From positions 5,024,001 through 5,088,000 of the forward strand of contig OZ242195.1 of assembly GCA_965205975.1 (NCBI GenBank): a DNA stretch of 64,000 nt. Direction: 5' to 3'. The stretch is from Candidatus Latescibacterota bacterium. Its GTDB lineage: Bacteria; Latescibacterota; UBA2968. Both the position numbers and the translations under genes were made by a program. The notes under the pieces were generated by a model. That model made no database searches. It saw only the letters and a program-made list of their open reading frames with translations, and was not told where the DNA came from. Positions 46,972-56,441 of the stretch are shown in pieces (positions within the stretch are counted from its first letter, which is position 1; each line of letters begins with the position of its first letter).

Positions 46972-47013
46972 AAGAAAAGGTCGGATGGGCAAAAATCCAT
47001 CCGACCTTTTCTT
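46972..47013. terminator. Perfect 17-bp inverted repeat, terminator-like, in the divergent ppk1/porin region
   Basis: AAGAAAAGGTCGGATGG-gcaaaaat-CCATCCGACCTTTTCTT. Confidence 0.6.
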
Positions 47014-47067
47014 TTGAGAAGAGAGTTAGCGGGAAGAATCCCCGAAGAAAGGATGAAATGGCGTATT

Positions 47068-47133
47068 TGTAACAAAAATGTCACGATTTTGTGACCAAAG
47101 CGTAACCGTTTTGGAGGCGATTTGTAACATTAT
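47068..47133 (+). promoter_or_regulatory. Pho-box array (11-bp phased direct repeats)
   Basis: TGTAACA 47068, TGTCACG 47079, TGTGACC 47090, CGTAACC 47101, (gap unit), TGTAACA 47123; exact 11-bp spacing upstream of the phosphate uptake cluster. Confidence 0.8.
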
Positions 47134-47188
47134 AGCGATATCTTATTGCGGAGAACGCCGTTTATTCACCAATTCGGAGGGAGAGCAC

Positions 47189-48142
47189 ATGCGTATTTGT
47201 AAAGCAATTTGGGGAATACTGTTGTGTTTGGGTTTTGTTTTGGCGGGACGGGGTGAAGCTGTAGATACCAAGCTTCAGGGTGTTATGTTTGCCGATTATT
47301 ATATCGTTAGGGGAAATGGAGAAGAAGAGAATGGCTTTCGGTTTCGACGCATTTATCTCACCCATGACCTGAAGTGGAGTGATACCTTTTCTGGACGGGT
47401 TCGGCTGGAAGCCAAGGATGCGGGCTTTAATAGTGAAGAGAAAATAGAACCTTTTGTAAAGCACGCGTATTTGCGCTATCGCAAAAATGGCCATGCGATC
47501 TATATGGGGCTGTCTGGTACGCCAACATGGAACGTATCGGAGTCTGTTTGGGGTTATCGCTCGGTCGAGAAGACCCTCATGGATCGAAAAAAAATTGCCT
47601 CTTCTGCTGATTTAGGTATTGCATATCGCACGCGATTGGATGAAGCTGGAAAGTTAAATGCCCAGATTATGCTGGCCAATGGCAGCGGGCAGCATTCCGA
47701 GACAGATCACTACAAGAAAATTTACGGTCTGTTGCATTTTAATCCCGGTACCCTGAATGTGACGACTTATGTAGATTGGGAAAAACGTCCAGGCAATCTA
47801 GATCGCACGACTTTTGCTACGTTTATCGGGTTGAAAAAGAAAAATTTCCACGGTGGATTGGAAGGCTTTGTGCAATGGCGCAACCATACCGCACAGGTGC
47901 GGGGGCTTTCACTATTCGGCACAGGGCAGTTTAGCAAAAAGATAAAGGTGTTTGCTCGTAGCGATTTCTTTGATCCAGACGATAAGTCTGACGACGATGG
48001 GGAATATTGCTTTCTCGGAGGGCTTGACATTGAGCCGGTAAAGGATATTCACATTATGCCCAATGTGATGGCCACAAATTTTCAGGCTCCAGATGTGGAT
48101 ATTGAGATGGTTCCCCGGCTAACGCTATATGTCAGGTTTTGA
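47189..48142 (+). CDS. Outer membrane porin, probably phosphate-selective (OprO/OprP-like)
   Basis: Signal peptide; NGFRFRRIYL, PFVKHAYL, SSADLG, FARSDFFDP; C-terminal Phe (LYVRF); heads the pst cluster; ATG 47189 with GGAGGG SD. Confidence 0.75.
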   Translation: MRICKAIWGILLCLGFVLAGRGEAVDTKLQGVMFADYYIVRGNGEEENGFRFRRIYLTHDLKWSDTFSGRVRLEAKDAGFNSEEKIEPFVKHAYLRYRKNGHAIYMGLSGTPTWNVSESVWGYRSVEKTLMDRKKIASSADLGIAYRTRLDEAGKLNAQIMLANGSGQHSETDHYKKIYGLLHFNPGTLNVTTYVDWEKRPGNLDRTTFATFIGLKKKNFHGGLEGFVQWRNHTAQVRGLSLFGTGQFSKKIKVFARSDFFDPDDKSDDDGEYCFLGGLDIEPVKDIHIMPNVMATNFQAPDVDIEMVPRLTLYVRF

Positions 48143-48225
48143 TTATCACATAAATGTCGTGTTTTCGTCATCTCGCGATACAGGTTTATTTTTTTATTCT
48201 GTAACACTACGCTAGGAGAGATTGA

Positions 48226-49203
48226 ATGACCAGATTTATTTGTATGATCGCATGTGTGGCTGTTTTGACACAGGCTGCGGCTCAGGCGCAGGAAGATTCG
48301 CCTGTTCCTGCGTATCAAAAAGTGAGTGGGATTTCCGGAAGTGCCAACAGCATTGGGTCAGATACGATGAATAATTTGATGACGCTCTGGTTGGAAGGCT
48401 TTCGCAAGTACTATCCCAGTGTAACTATTCAGGTTGAGGGCAAGGGATCGAGCACTGCGCCTCCCGCACTGATCGAAGGCACCGCGCAATTTGGCCCCAT
48501 GTCGCGCCCGATGAAGGCTTCGGAGATAGACAAGTTTGAAAAGCATTTTGGATATCCCCCCACAGTGTTGCGAGCCTCGCTGGATGCATTGGCTATTTTT
48601 GTCAATAAAGATAACCCAATTAATGGGTTGACTTTGCAGCAGGTAGATGCGATTTTTTCTAAGACGCGACGCGGTGAGTATAAGGAAGATATTACGAGAT
48701 GGGGGCAGTTGGGTCTGGGAGACGATTGGAAAAATGCCGCATTCAGCCTTTATGGTCGCAATTCCGCGTCGGGTACTTATGGGTTCTTCAAAGATCACGC
48801 GCTGTTTAAGGGCGATTTCAAAGACGAAGTAAAAGAGCAACCGGGGTCTGCTTCGGTTGTGCAGGGCGTGGCCGAAGACAGGTATAGTATTGGTTATAGT
48901 GGCATAGGTTACAAGACATCTGGCGTGCGCGTCGTACCTCTGGCGTTGGAAACTGGCGAACCCTTTAGAGAGGGTACGATAGAAAATGTGATCGATGGAT
49001 CTTATCCTCTGGGGCGTTTTTTGTATTTGTACATCAACAAGGTGCCCAATAAACCTCTCGATCCGCTGGTGAGAGAATTTTGTAAATTTATTTTTTCCAA
49101 AGAAGGGCAAGAGATTGTCGTTAAAGATGGCTATATGCCCGTGCCCTATCAGGTGGTTAAAGAGGAAATCGAGAAGTTACAGTTACCCATCCAAACACCC
49201 TAA
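48226..49203 (+). CDS. pstS: Phosphate ABC transporter substrate-binding protein
   Basis: SIGSDTM, EGKGSST.PPAL, MSR, YGRNSASGTYGFF, IGYSGIGY, YPLGRFLYLY. Confidence 0.95.
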   Translation: MTRFICMIACVAVLTQAAAQAQEDSPVPAYQKVSGISGSANSIGSDTMNNLMTLWLEGFRKYYPSVTIQVEGKGSSTAPPALIEGTAQFGPMSRPMKASEIDKFEKHFGYPPTVLRASLDALAIFVNKDNPINGLTLQQVDAIFSKTRRGEYKEDITRWGQLGLGDDWKNAAFSLYGRNSASGTYGFFKDHALFKGDFKDEVKEQPGSASVVQGVAEDRYSIGYSGIGYKTSGVRVVPLALETGEPFREGTIENVIDGSYPLGRFLYLYINKVPNKPLDPLVREFCKFIFSKEGQEIVVKDGYMPVPYQVVKEEIEKLQLPIQTP

Positions 49204-49309
49204 TTGCCAGCGGTGAGACGTTAGAGGGCCAGCCAACTTCCATCCCAGAGGCGAGAGAAAGCCCCCAGCCCCTGTTTCTCATTCCACCTTTCCCGTCTCA
49301 CTCTTTATT

Positions 49310-51550
49310 ATGGCACTTCCATTGAAACCATTATCAAAGCGACAATTGCCCGGCATCACGCCAAAGGCACGTCTGATGGACCGCACTGGGCAGTGGATAA
49401 TCACTGCTGGCGGCATCGGTGTGATTCTGTCGGTGCTGGGCATTTTTCTTTTTGTGTTGATGGAGTCCTATCCCCTGTTTTTGAAGCCGAGCGCGTCCAG
49501 GACACATACCTTTGATTTTTCGCACCGTCAGCCGGTTCTGTGTACGGGGGTTGATCCCTATCAGGCAGTGATGTTTATCGTGCATGAAGCGGGGATTGAT
49601 TTTGTGGATATGACTACAAAGTCGGTGACAAAGTCTGTATCTATTCCCGAACTACAGGGACGGCGCATTCGGGCAGCTTATCGCGCTCTGGATAATACGC
49701 ATGTTGGCCTGGGTCTGGACGACGGTACAATGCTGGACTGTCGCGTGAATTTTGCCGTGGATTACGATGCGGAGGGAAAACAGATTGTGACGCCGTCTTT
49801 TGATGTTGAGTCGGCGATGGATCTAACCGATAAGGCTCTTGTGCATCTCGTATTTCGACACGATGGAAAGTCCCGCGGCACAGTACTTGGCATTGCGGAT
49901 TCCGGGCAACTCGTTTTGGGAATTTCCGAAACACAGCGCGGTCTTTTGGGCGGTGGCAAAACGACCATTCGCAGATATGATTTGACCGATGAGATCAAAG
50001 GGCGAGCCAGGGTGGGTGCCGTGGCAAAATCGGGACGCTATGTTCTGGTGGGCACAGACCGCGGTGAAGTATTTCGATGGGAAATTGGACGGGGAGGGGC
50101 CAATCCCAGGCTATTGGATTATTTTCGAGTTTCCGATCAGGAGGTGTCTGCGCTGGATTTTGTGCTGGGCGATGTGTCGCTCGTCGTGGGCGATGTGGGT
50201 GGTCGTGTGTCTGCCTGGATGCCCGTCAGAACGAGCGAGGGCGATAATAAAAGGGTGTTCAAAAGGGTCCACACTTTGCAGTCTCATCCGATGGCGGTGA
50301 ATGCACTGGCATCGTCTGCTCGCGACAAACAATTTTTATCGGGCGATGTATCGGGGATGGTTGCGTTGCATCACATGACATCGGAACAAACGTTTTTCCA
50401 ATTGCCCGGTGATAGACCTATTCAATCCCTGTCTTTTGCGCCAAAAGCAAATGGCTTTTTGACTGTGAGTAAGTCGGGACAGGTGACGGATTTTGATCTC
50501 CAAAATCCACATCCCGAAGTGACGCTACAAACACTTTTTGGCAAAGTGTGGTACGAGGGATATACGGAGCCTCAATACGTGTGGCAATCCACGGGCGGGT
50601 CGGATGATTTTGAACCCAAGTTGAGTATTGTGCCTTTGATATTTGGTACCTTTAAGGGCACGCTTTACGCGATGTTATTCGCGTTGCCTCTGGCTGTTTT
50701 GGCAGCGATTTACACATCGGAATTTGCCTCTCCCAACGTGCGTAGTCTGGTCAAACCCGTGGTGGAGTTGATGGCTTCGCTTCCCAGTGTGATTCTGGGA
50801 TTTTTGGCTGGTTTGTGGTTGGCACCGCTGCTGGAGACGAGGATCGTCGGTGCGCTGCTGTTGTTGCCCTGTGTGCCTATTGTCGTGGTGATATGTGCGT
50901 GGGCGTGGGGACAGGTGTCCGAAGATTTTGCACGCAGAGTACCGGATCACTGGATTCTAACTTTGCTGGCTGGCATCGCGTTGTTTTCGCTCTATCTGTC
51001 GTTCGCACTCGGTCCTTTGGCTGAATCGCTTTTGTTTGGCGGCAATTTTCAAAGCTGGCTGCTCGGCACAACGGGTACGCGCTACGATCAGCGCAATTGT
51101 CTGGTGGTGGGCTTTGCGATGGGGTTTGCCGTGGTACCCATTATTTACACGATCTGCGAAGATGCTCTGTCGAGTGTGCCGCAGCATCTACGCGCTGGAT
51201 CACTCGCGCTGGGCGCAACGCCATGGCAAACGGCTATCCGCGTGGTGTTGCCCACGGCGAGCCCGGGTATTTTTTCCGCGACTATGATTGGATTTGGCCG
51301 CGCTGTGGGCGAAACGATGATTGTGTTGATGGCTACGGGCAATACGCCGATTTTGGATTGGACCATTTTTAATGGCATGCGCACGATGTCGGCCAATATC
51401 GCCGTGGAGATTCCCGAAGCACCCCATGAAGGTACGCTTTATCGCGTGTTGTTTTTGACAGGGGTTTTGCTGGCGGCGATTACTTTTTTGGTGAATACAC
51501 TGGCAGAAGTGGTGCGGCAGCGTTTGCGCGAGAAGTATAGCAGGATTTAA
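49310..51550 (+). CDS. pstC: Phosphate ABC transporter permease with large WD40-like periplasmic domain
   Basis: WYEGY..P.YVWQS, PLIFGTFKG, VELMASLPSVILG, ALGATPWQT, GRAVGETMIVLMATGN, RTMSANIAVE.PE. Confidence 0.92.
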   Translation: MALPLKPLSKRQLPGITPKARLMDRTGQWIITAGGIGVILSVLGIFLFVLMESYPLFLKPSASRTHTFDFSHRQPVLCTGVDPYQAVMFIVHEAGIDFVDMTTKSVTKSVSIPELQGRRIRAAYRALDNTHVGLGLDDGTMLDCRVNFAVDYDAEGKQIVTPSFDVESAMDLTDKALVHLVFRHDGKSRGTVLGIADSGQLVLGISETQRGLLGGGKTTIRRYDLTDEIKGRARVGAVAKSGRYVLVGTDRGEVFRWEIGRGGANPRLLDYFRVSDQEVSALDFVLGDVSLVVGDVGGRVSAWMPVRTSEGDNKRVFKRVHTLQSHPMAVNALASSARDKQFLSGDVSGMVALHHMTSEQTFFQLPGDRPIQSLSFAPKANGFLTVSKSGQVTDFDLQNPHPEVTLQTLFGKVWYEGYTEPQYVWQSTGGSDDFEPKLSIVPLIFGTFKGTLYAMLFALPLAVLAAIYTSEFASPNVRSLVKPVVELMASLPSVILGFLAGLWLAPLLETRIVGALLLLPCVPIVVVICAWAWGQVSEDFARRVPDHWILTLLAGIALFSLYLSFALGPLAESLLFGGNFQSWLLGTTGTRYDQRNCLVVGFAMGFAVVPIIYTICEDALSSVPQHLRAGSLALGATPWQTAIRVVLPTASPGIFSATMIGFGRAVGETMIVLMATGNTPILDWTIFNGMRTMSANIAVEIPEAPHEGTLYRVLFLTGVLLAAITFLVNTLAEVVRQRLREKYSRI

Positions 51551-51560
51551 TGTTCTGGAG

Positions 51561-53195
51561 ATGGATGTGAAGAATTTACTGAATAGAAGCACTTCAGCAC
51601 ATGTTTGGAAAACAGGTATGCCATTTATCTGGTTGACCGGCAGCGCGCTGGCGCTTTGTTTGCTCATGATTACAGGGCTGGTCGCGCTGGTTATGTACAA
51701 TGGCACTGGATTTTTTTGGCCCTCGGATATCGAAGCTGTAATACTCAAAGATGGTCGGAAAGCAATGGGGCAGCGGTGGGATAAGCAGGAGATTCCGGCG
51801 TCGAATCGGACGGGATCCGGACAATTTCGCATTCAGCTCAAAGTGGGCAATCGCGATGTGTATGGCAGCGATTTTCAATGGATAGATGAATCGGATATTC
51901 AATCGAGGGATTATCTCAAAGAGGCGGTGGTTTTTGAGCGGCGCGAGTGGGGCAATTTTTACGGGTTTATCGAAGCTCTGTACGAAGGTGAAACCCAGGT
52001 GTCGAATACATGGGATGTGCTGCAAGCACAATTGGATAATACCCGGGAGCGACACGAACAGATTCGGCAAATTGAAGAAGATGCGATTGGCGACTTAAAT
52101 CGGCAAATTGAAAGCCTGCGACTAAAAAAACGCGAGATAGAATTGGGTGATGGAGATACCGATGAGATTGACGCGATTGATCGAGAAAGCAGATCCTATT
52201 GGGAAGCTTATGAACGATTGGCCGACCAGTTGGCGCAGTTGCGAGCAGCCAACGAGGTTTACCGCATAGATGTGCGGTTAATTGGCGGTGAGGTGCGGCA
52301 GATTGCCACGGCCGATGTCGTGCGTGCCTATCGTCCCAACCGACTGGGGATTTTGGGAAAAACGAGCGTTTATTTTTCGCGCGTAGGGGAATTTTTATTT
52401 CATGAACCCCGTGAGTCCAATACAGAAGGCGGGGTATTTCCCGCGATCTTTGGCACTGTTATGATGGTTTTTTTAATGAGTTTGGCGGCTGTGCCATTTG
52501 GCATATTAGCTGCGCTCTATTTGCGCGAATACGCCAGTCAAGGTATTTTAGTTAGAGTGATTCGCATTGCGGTTAATAATCTGGCGGGTGTACCTTCTAT
52601 TGTTTTTGGGATGTTTGGCCTGGGATTTTTTGTTTATGGTATTGGCGGAAGTATCGATCAGTTCTTTTTTCCCGAGGCGTTGCCCACGCCCACATTTGGT
52701 ACTGGCGGCATTTTGTGGGCTTCGTTGACCCTGGCATTGCTAACGGTGCCAGTGATGATTGTTTCAGCCGAAGAGGCGCTTTCTGCCGTGCCGAGCGATG
52801 TGCGTGCCGGGTCGCTGGCACTCGGGGCGACCAAATTGCAGACCATTTTGCGCGTGGTTTTGCCCGGCGCGTTGCCGGGTATTCTCACGGGTATTATTCT
52901 CGTGATTGCCCGCGGTGCTGGCGAAGTGGCTCCGCTGATGATTACTGGCGTTGTGAAATTGGCTCCTGCATTGCCCGTGGATGGTATCTGGCCCTTTTTT
53001 CATCTGGAACGCAAGTTTATGCATCTGGGATTTCACATTTACGATGTGGGTTTCCAGTCGCCCAATGTCGAGGCAGCTCGCCCCATGGTATATACGACGA
53101 CTTTATTGCTGATGGGGATTGTACTGGCTCTGAATCTGGTGGCGATTCTGGTTCGCAATCGGCTTCGCAAGCGCGTTGGTGGTGCGACGTTTTAA
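51561..53195 (+). CDS. pstA: Phosphate ABC transporter permease with extended N-terminal coiled-coil domain
   Basis: PRESNTEGGVFPAIFGT, NNLAGVPSIVFG, ALGATK.QT, ARGAGEVAPL, FMHLGFHIYD. Confidence 0.93.
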   Translation: MDVKNLLNRSTSAHVWKTGMPFIWLTGSALALCLLMITGLVALVMYNGTGFFWPSDIEAVILKDGRKAMGQRWDKQEIPASNRTGSGQFRIQLKVGNRDVYGSDFQWIDESDIQSRDYLKEAVVFERREWGNFYGFIEALYEGETQVSNTWDVLQAQLDNTRERHEQIRQIEEDAIGDLNRQIESLRLKKREIELGDGDTDEIDAIDRESRSYWEAYERLADQLAQLRAANEVYRIDVRLIGGEVRQIATADVVRAYRPNRLGILGKTSVYFSRVGEFLFHEPRESNTEGGVFPAIFGTVMMVFLMSLAAVPFGILAALYLREYASQGILVRVIRIAVNNLAGVPSIVFGMFGLGFFVYGIGGSIDQFFFPEALPTPTFGTGGILWASLTLALLTVPVMIVSAEEALSAVPSDVRAGSLALGATKLQTILRVVLPGALPGILTGIILVIARGAGEVAPLMITGVVKLAPALPVDGIWPFFHLERKFMHLGFHIYDVGFQSPNVEAARPMVYTTTLLLMGIVLALNLVAILVRNRLRKRVGGATF

Positions 53196-53218
53196 ATAGG
53201 TGAGAGAAAGGAATCACG

Positions 53219-54031
53219 ATGGCTGAAGCAGAACTTGTAAATACAGGGTCCGACGAAGCAATTGTTCCAGATATTCAGAATCCCATTGTCACCATATCGA
53301 ATCTGAGTCTGTATTACGGCGAGACGCAGGCCCTTTTTGACATTGACATGCAGATTCCCGAGTATCGGGTAACGGCTTTGATCGGTCCTTCGGGATGCGG
53401 GAAGTCAACGCTGTTGCGGTGCCTGAATAGGCTGAACGATTTGATCGATTCGGTGCATATCGAGGGTGTGGTTGAAATTGATAATGACGACATTTACGGT
53501 CCCGGGTACGATGTGATTTCGTTGCGCCGCCAGGTCGGTATGGTGTTTCAAAAGTCCAATCCCTTTCCCAAGTCGATTTATGAGAATCTCGTTTACGGTT
53601 TGAGAATTGCAGGTGAAAATCGGCGGACGGTACTCGATGAGGTGGTGGAACGCAGTTTGCAGGCTGCCGCGCTTTGGGATGAAGTAAAAGACCGGCTCGA
53701 TGACAGTGCTCTGGGTCTTTCAGGAGGCCAGCAGCAGAGGTTGTGCATTGCGCGTGCAATTGCTGTTGAGCCTGCGGTAATCTTGATGGATGAACCCTGT
53801 TCGGCACTGGATCCAATTGCGACAGGGCGTATTGAAGAGACAATAGAAGGCCTCAAAAAGCAATATACGATTGTGATTGTAACACACAATATGCAGCAGG
53901 CGTCGCGCATTTCGGATTATACGGCGTTTTTCTATTTGGGGCGTTTGATTGAGATGGCCGAAACGAGTGAGATGTTTACCAATCCGCAGCTCAAACAAAC
54001 CGAAGATTATGTGACGGGGCGGTTTGGCTAA
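53219..54031 (+). CDS. pstB: Phosphate ABC transporter ATP-binding protein
   Basis: [60 protein letters not shown]. Confidence 0.97.
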   Translation: MAEAELVNTGSDEAIVPDIQNPIVTISNLSLYYGETQALFDIDMQIPEYRVTALIGPSGCGKSTLLRCLNRLNDLIDSVHIEGVVEIDNDDIYGPGYDVISLRRQVGMVFQKSNPFPKSIYENLVYGLRIAGENRRTVLDEVVERSLQAAALWDEVKDRLDDSALGLSGGQQQRLCIARAIAVEPAVILMDEPCSALDPIATGRIEETIEGLKKQYTIVIVTHNMQQASRISDYTAFFYLGRLIEMAETSEMFTNPQLKQTEDYVTGRFG

Positions 54032-54042
54032 GCAGAGGAGTA

Positions 54043-54729
54043 ATGATTATGGAGCGTACTCTCGATCAGCATCTCGACCACCTCAAAGGTGAGTTATTGA
54101 AGATGGGCAGTGCGGTGGAAGAGTCGATTGAACAGGCAGTACAGTCACTTGTAGAACGCGACAATCACCTCGCCGATGTGGTTGAAGAAGGTGGGCATGA
54201 CATTGACGATTGGGAAGTGGCGATAGAAGAAGAGTGTTTGAAGTTGCTGGCTGTGCAGCAACCCGTGGCTGGCGATTTGCGCCTGGTGGCGGGGATTATG
54301 AAGATCAATTACGATCTCGAGCGCATCAATGATCAGGCGGTGAATATCGCGCAGCGCGCTCGTTTGCTCAATCAGATGCCGCAATTGAAACCGCTGATCG
54401 ATATTCCGCGAATGGCCGTGTTAGCACGGGGTATGGTCAGAGATGCACTGGATGCTTTTGTCAATCGCGACGTGGAATTGGCCAATAAGGTGCGTAAAAT
54501 TGACGATACAATGGATGCGTTGCGCGATCAAATTTTCCGCGAGTTGTTGACGTACTTAAACACAGGTATGTCCTCGACTGTAGATCAGGCAATTTTGCTC
54601 ATTCTCGTGTCCCGGCATTTGGAGCGCATTGGCGATCATTCATCCAATATTGCCGAAAATGTCGTCTATCTCGTTCAGGGGCGCATTGTGAGACATCAAC
54701 AGGAAGAATTGCGCGCGGGAGAAGAGTAA
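54043..54729 (+). CDS. phoU: Phosphate signalling protein PhoU
   Basis: QQPVAGDLR, DLERIND.A.NIA, LERIGDHSSNIAE.VVYLV.G. Confidence 0.95.
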   Translation: MIMERTLDQHLDHLKGELLKMGSAVEESIEQAVQSLVERDNHLADVVEEGGHDIDDWEVAIEEECLKLLAVQQPVAGDLRLVAGIMKINYDLERINDQAVNIAQRARLLNQMPQLKPLIDIPRMAVLARGMVRDALDAFVNRDVELANKVRKIDDTMDALRDQIFRELLTYLNTGMSSTVDQAILLILVSRHLERIGDHSSNIAENVVYLVQGRIVRHQQEELRAGEE

Positions 54730-54744
54730 TTCCCAACGTATCTT

Positions 54745-54813
54745 TATCGCGAACAATTAACGGCTTTGTCGCATAAACGACACGCGATTGTAACACGGCA
54801 ATGATATTATACT
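54745..54813 (+). promoter_or_regulatory. Pho-box-like array and -10 element downstream of phoU
   Basis: 11-bp phased TATCGCG 54745, ATTAACG 54756, TGTCGCA 54767, CGACACG 54778, TGTAACA 54789; TATACT at 54808-13. Confidence 0.55.
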
Positions 54814-54818
54814 CCAAG

Positions 54819-54873
54819 CACGACGTATTCTCCCTCTTGGGAACCGGCCCGCGACCCGGTTCCCATTTTTTTT
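54819..54873 (+). ncRNA. Candidate ~55-nt small RNA with CU-rich seed and intrinsic terminator
   Basis: Lies between a putative Pho promoter and the hairpin TGGGAACCGG/CCGGTTCCCA + T8; single-stranded TATTCTCCCTCT; no ORF. Confidence 0.4.
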
Positions 54874-54900
54874 GCCCCGAATTTGAGTTCGGGGCTTTTT
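54838..54900 (+). terminator. Two tandem intrinsic terminators
   Basis: TGGGAACCGG-cccgcgac-CCGGTTCCCA-T8, then GCCCCGAA-tttgag-TTCGGGGC-T5. Confidence 0.8.
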
Positions 54901-54902
54901 CG

Positions 54903-54957
54903 TTGACCCAAAACACATCCCTATGTATTTTACTCTTTAGATATATTATTATCTAAA
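54903..54957 (+). promoter_or_regulatory. Promoter and palindromic operator of the Nudix-coxDE-xdhC operon
   Basis: TTGACC (54903-08), 17 bp, TATTTT (54926-31); TTTAGATA-tattat-TATCTAAA (54936-57). Confidence 0.6.
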
Positions 54958-54979
54958 TATTAATAAAAAATTAAGGTGG

Positions 54980-55528
54980 TTGATCTCCTTGCCCAATTGC
55001 ATAAAATCCGAAGCCCGGTTTTGCGAGCGCTGTGGGACTTTGCTGGTTGTAAAAGCAGTTGAAGATCGGGAGAGGCCTTGTTGTCCGGCGTGTGGATTTG
55101 TGGTTTATCTCGACCCCAAGGTCGCGGCCGGAGTTATTGTCACTCTCGATGGTGGCGTTGTCTTGCTCAAGCGCAATATTGAACCCGGGTTTGGCAAGTG
55201 GGTGTTCCCTGGCGGATATGTGGATGCGGGCGAGCCAACCGATGTCGCGGCGGTACGCGAGACCCGCGAGGAAGTGGGGTTAGAGGTTGAGATCGGCGAG
55301 TTGCTCGGCGTGTTGTCTTATGAAGGGGAACGGGTGGTGCTGATTGTTTATACTGGACGGGTTGTGGGCGGAAAGTTGGAAGGCAATTTTGAATCGCAGG
55401 CTGTAGCTACATTTGCTCCTCGGGATATTCCCTGGAATGATCTGGCTTTTGATACGACCAGAGAGGCATTGCAAATTTGGGTGGCACAGTATGGCGAAAT
55501 GTACGCAAAAGAAAGGTTATTATGCTGA
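54980..55528 (+). CDS. Nudix hydrolase with N-terminal zinc ribbon
   Basis: FCERCG...CPACG; Nudix box PGGYVDAGE...AAVRETREEVGL; IPWNDLAF. Confidence 0.9.
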   Translation: MISLPNCIKSEARFCERCGTLLVVKAVEDRERPCCPACGFVVYLDPKVAAGVIVTLDGGVVLLKRNIEPGFGKWVFPGGYVDAGEPTDVAAVRETREEVGLEVEIGELLGVLSYEGERVVLIVYTGRVVGGKLEGNFESQAVATFAPRDIPWNDLAFDTTREALQIWVAQYGEMYAKERLLC

Positions 55529-56433
55529 ATTCTATTGAAGATGTTGAAGAGCGGTTTGCCGAGCAGGGGTATATCACGGACCGCACATTGGCAACGACGA
55601 TTTTTTTGGCGCAGTCGCTTGGCAAACCGATTTTTCTGGAAGGGGAACCAGGCGTTGGAAAGACAGAAGTGGCCAAAGTTATGGCCAGTATTTTTAATAC
55701 CGAGTTGATTCGATTGCAGTGCTATGAAGGCATTGATGCCAATACGGCATTGTACGAGTGGAACTATCCGCGCCAGATGCTGGAGCTAAGGCTCGAAGAG
55801 GCGCGAGGCATCGACAAGGCCGAAATTGGTCAAAATATTTTCCGCGAAGATTTTTTGCTCAAGCGTCCCCTTTTGTCGGCTCTTGAGGGCAGCGTAGAAA
55901 AGCAACAGGTGTTGTTGATCGATGAGGTGGATCGGTCGGATGAAGAGTTTGAAGCGTTTTTGCTGGAGGTGTTGTCCGATTTCCAGATTACGATTCCCGA
56001 GATTGGTGCGATAAAAGCGATGCAAGTGCCGTTTGTCGTACTTACGTCCAACCGAACGCGCGAGTTGCACGATGCACTGAAGCGTCGGTGTTTGTATTTG
56101 TGGATTGACTATCCCACGTTTACCAAAGAAATGGATATTGTGCGGTCGCGTGTGTCGGGTGTGCAGGGCGAATTGGCACAACAGGTTTGCGGGTTTATGC
56201 AACTGTTGCGCAATCGCGATTTTTACAAAAAGCCCGGCGTTGCCGAAACGATTGATTGGGCACTGGCTTTGATGGCTATGCAAGTTGAAGAACTGGATCC
56301 TCAGATAGTTGATGCGACGTTGGGATGTGTTTTGAAGTATAAAGAAGATATTGAAAAAATTCAGGAAGACGGCCTGCCACAACTGATTGAGAAGGCTCGA
56401 TTGTTAAAAGAACGCGCGCAAGTTGCTGTTTAG
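55522..56433 (+). CDS. coxD: MoxR family AAA+ ATPase (CoxD-like)
   Basis: LEGEPGVGKTE, RLQCYEG.D...ALYEWNY.RQ, LLIDEVDRSDEEFEA, TSNRTRELHDALKRRC, KKPGVAETIDW. Confidence 0.88.
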   Translation: MLNSIEDVEERFAEQGYITDRTLATTIFLAQSLGKPIFLEGEPGVGKTEVAKVMASIFNTELIRLQCYEGIDANTALYEWNYPRQMLELRLEEARGIDKAEIGQNIFREDFLLKRPLLSALEGSVEKQQVLLIDEVDRSDEEFEAFLLEVLSDFQITIPEIGAIKAMQVPFVVLTSNRTRELHDALKRRCLYLWIDYPTFTKEMDIVRSRVSGVQGELAQQVCGFMQLLRNRDFYKKPGVAETIDWALALMAMQVEELDPQIVDATLGCVLKYKEDIEKIQEDGLPQLIEKARLLKERAQVAV

Positions 56434-56441
56434 GAGATCAC

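Noticed and set aside
49310..53195. Oversized PstC/PstA as a novelty
   Set aside because: Extended PstC (beta-propeller) and PstA forms are already known from Pseudomonas-type pst operons.
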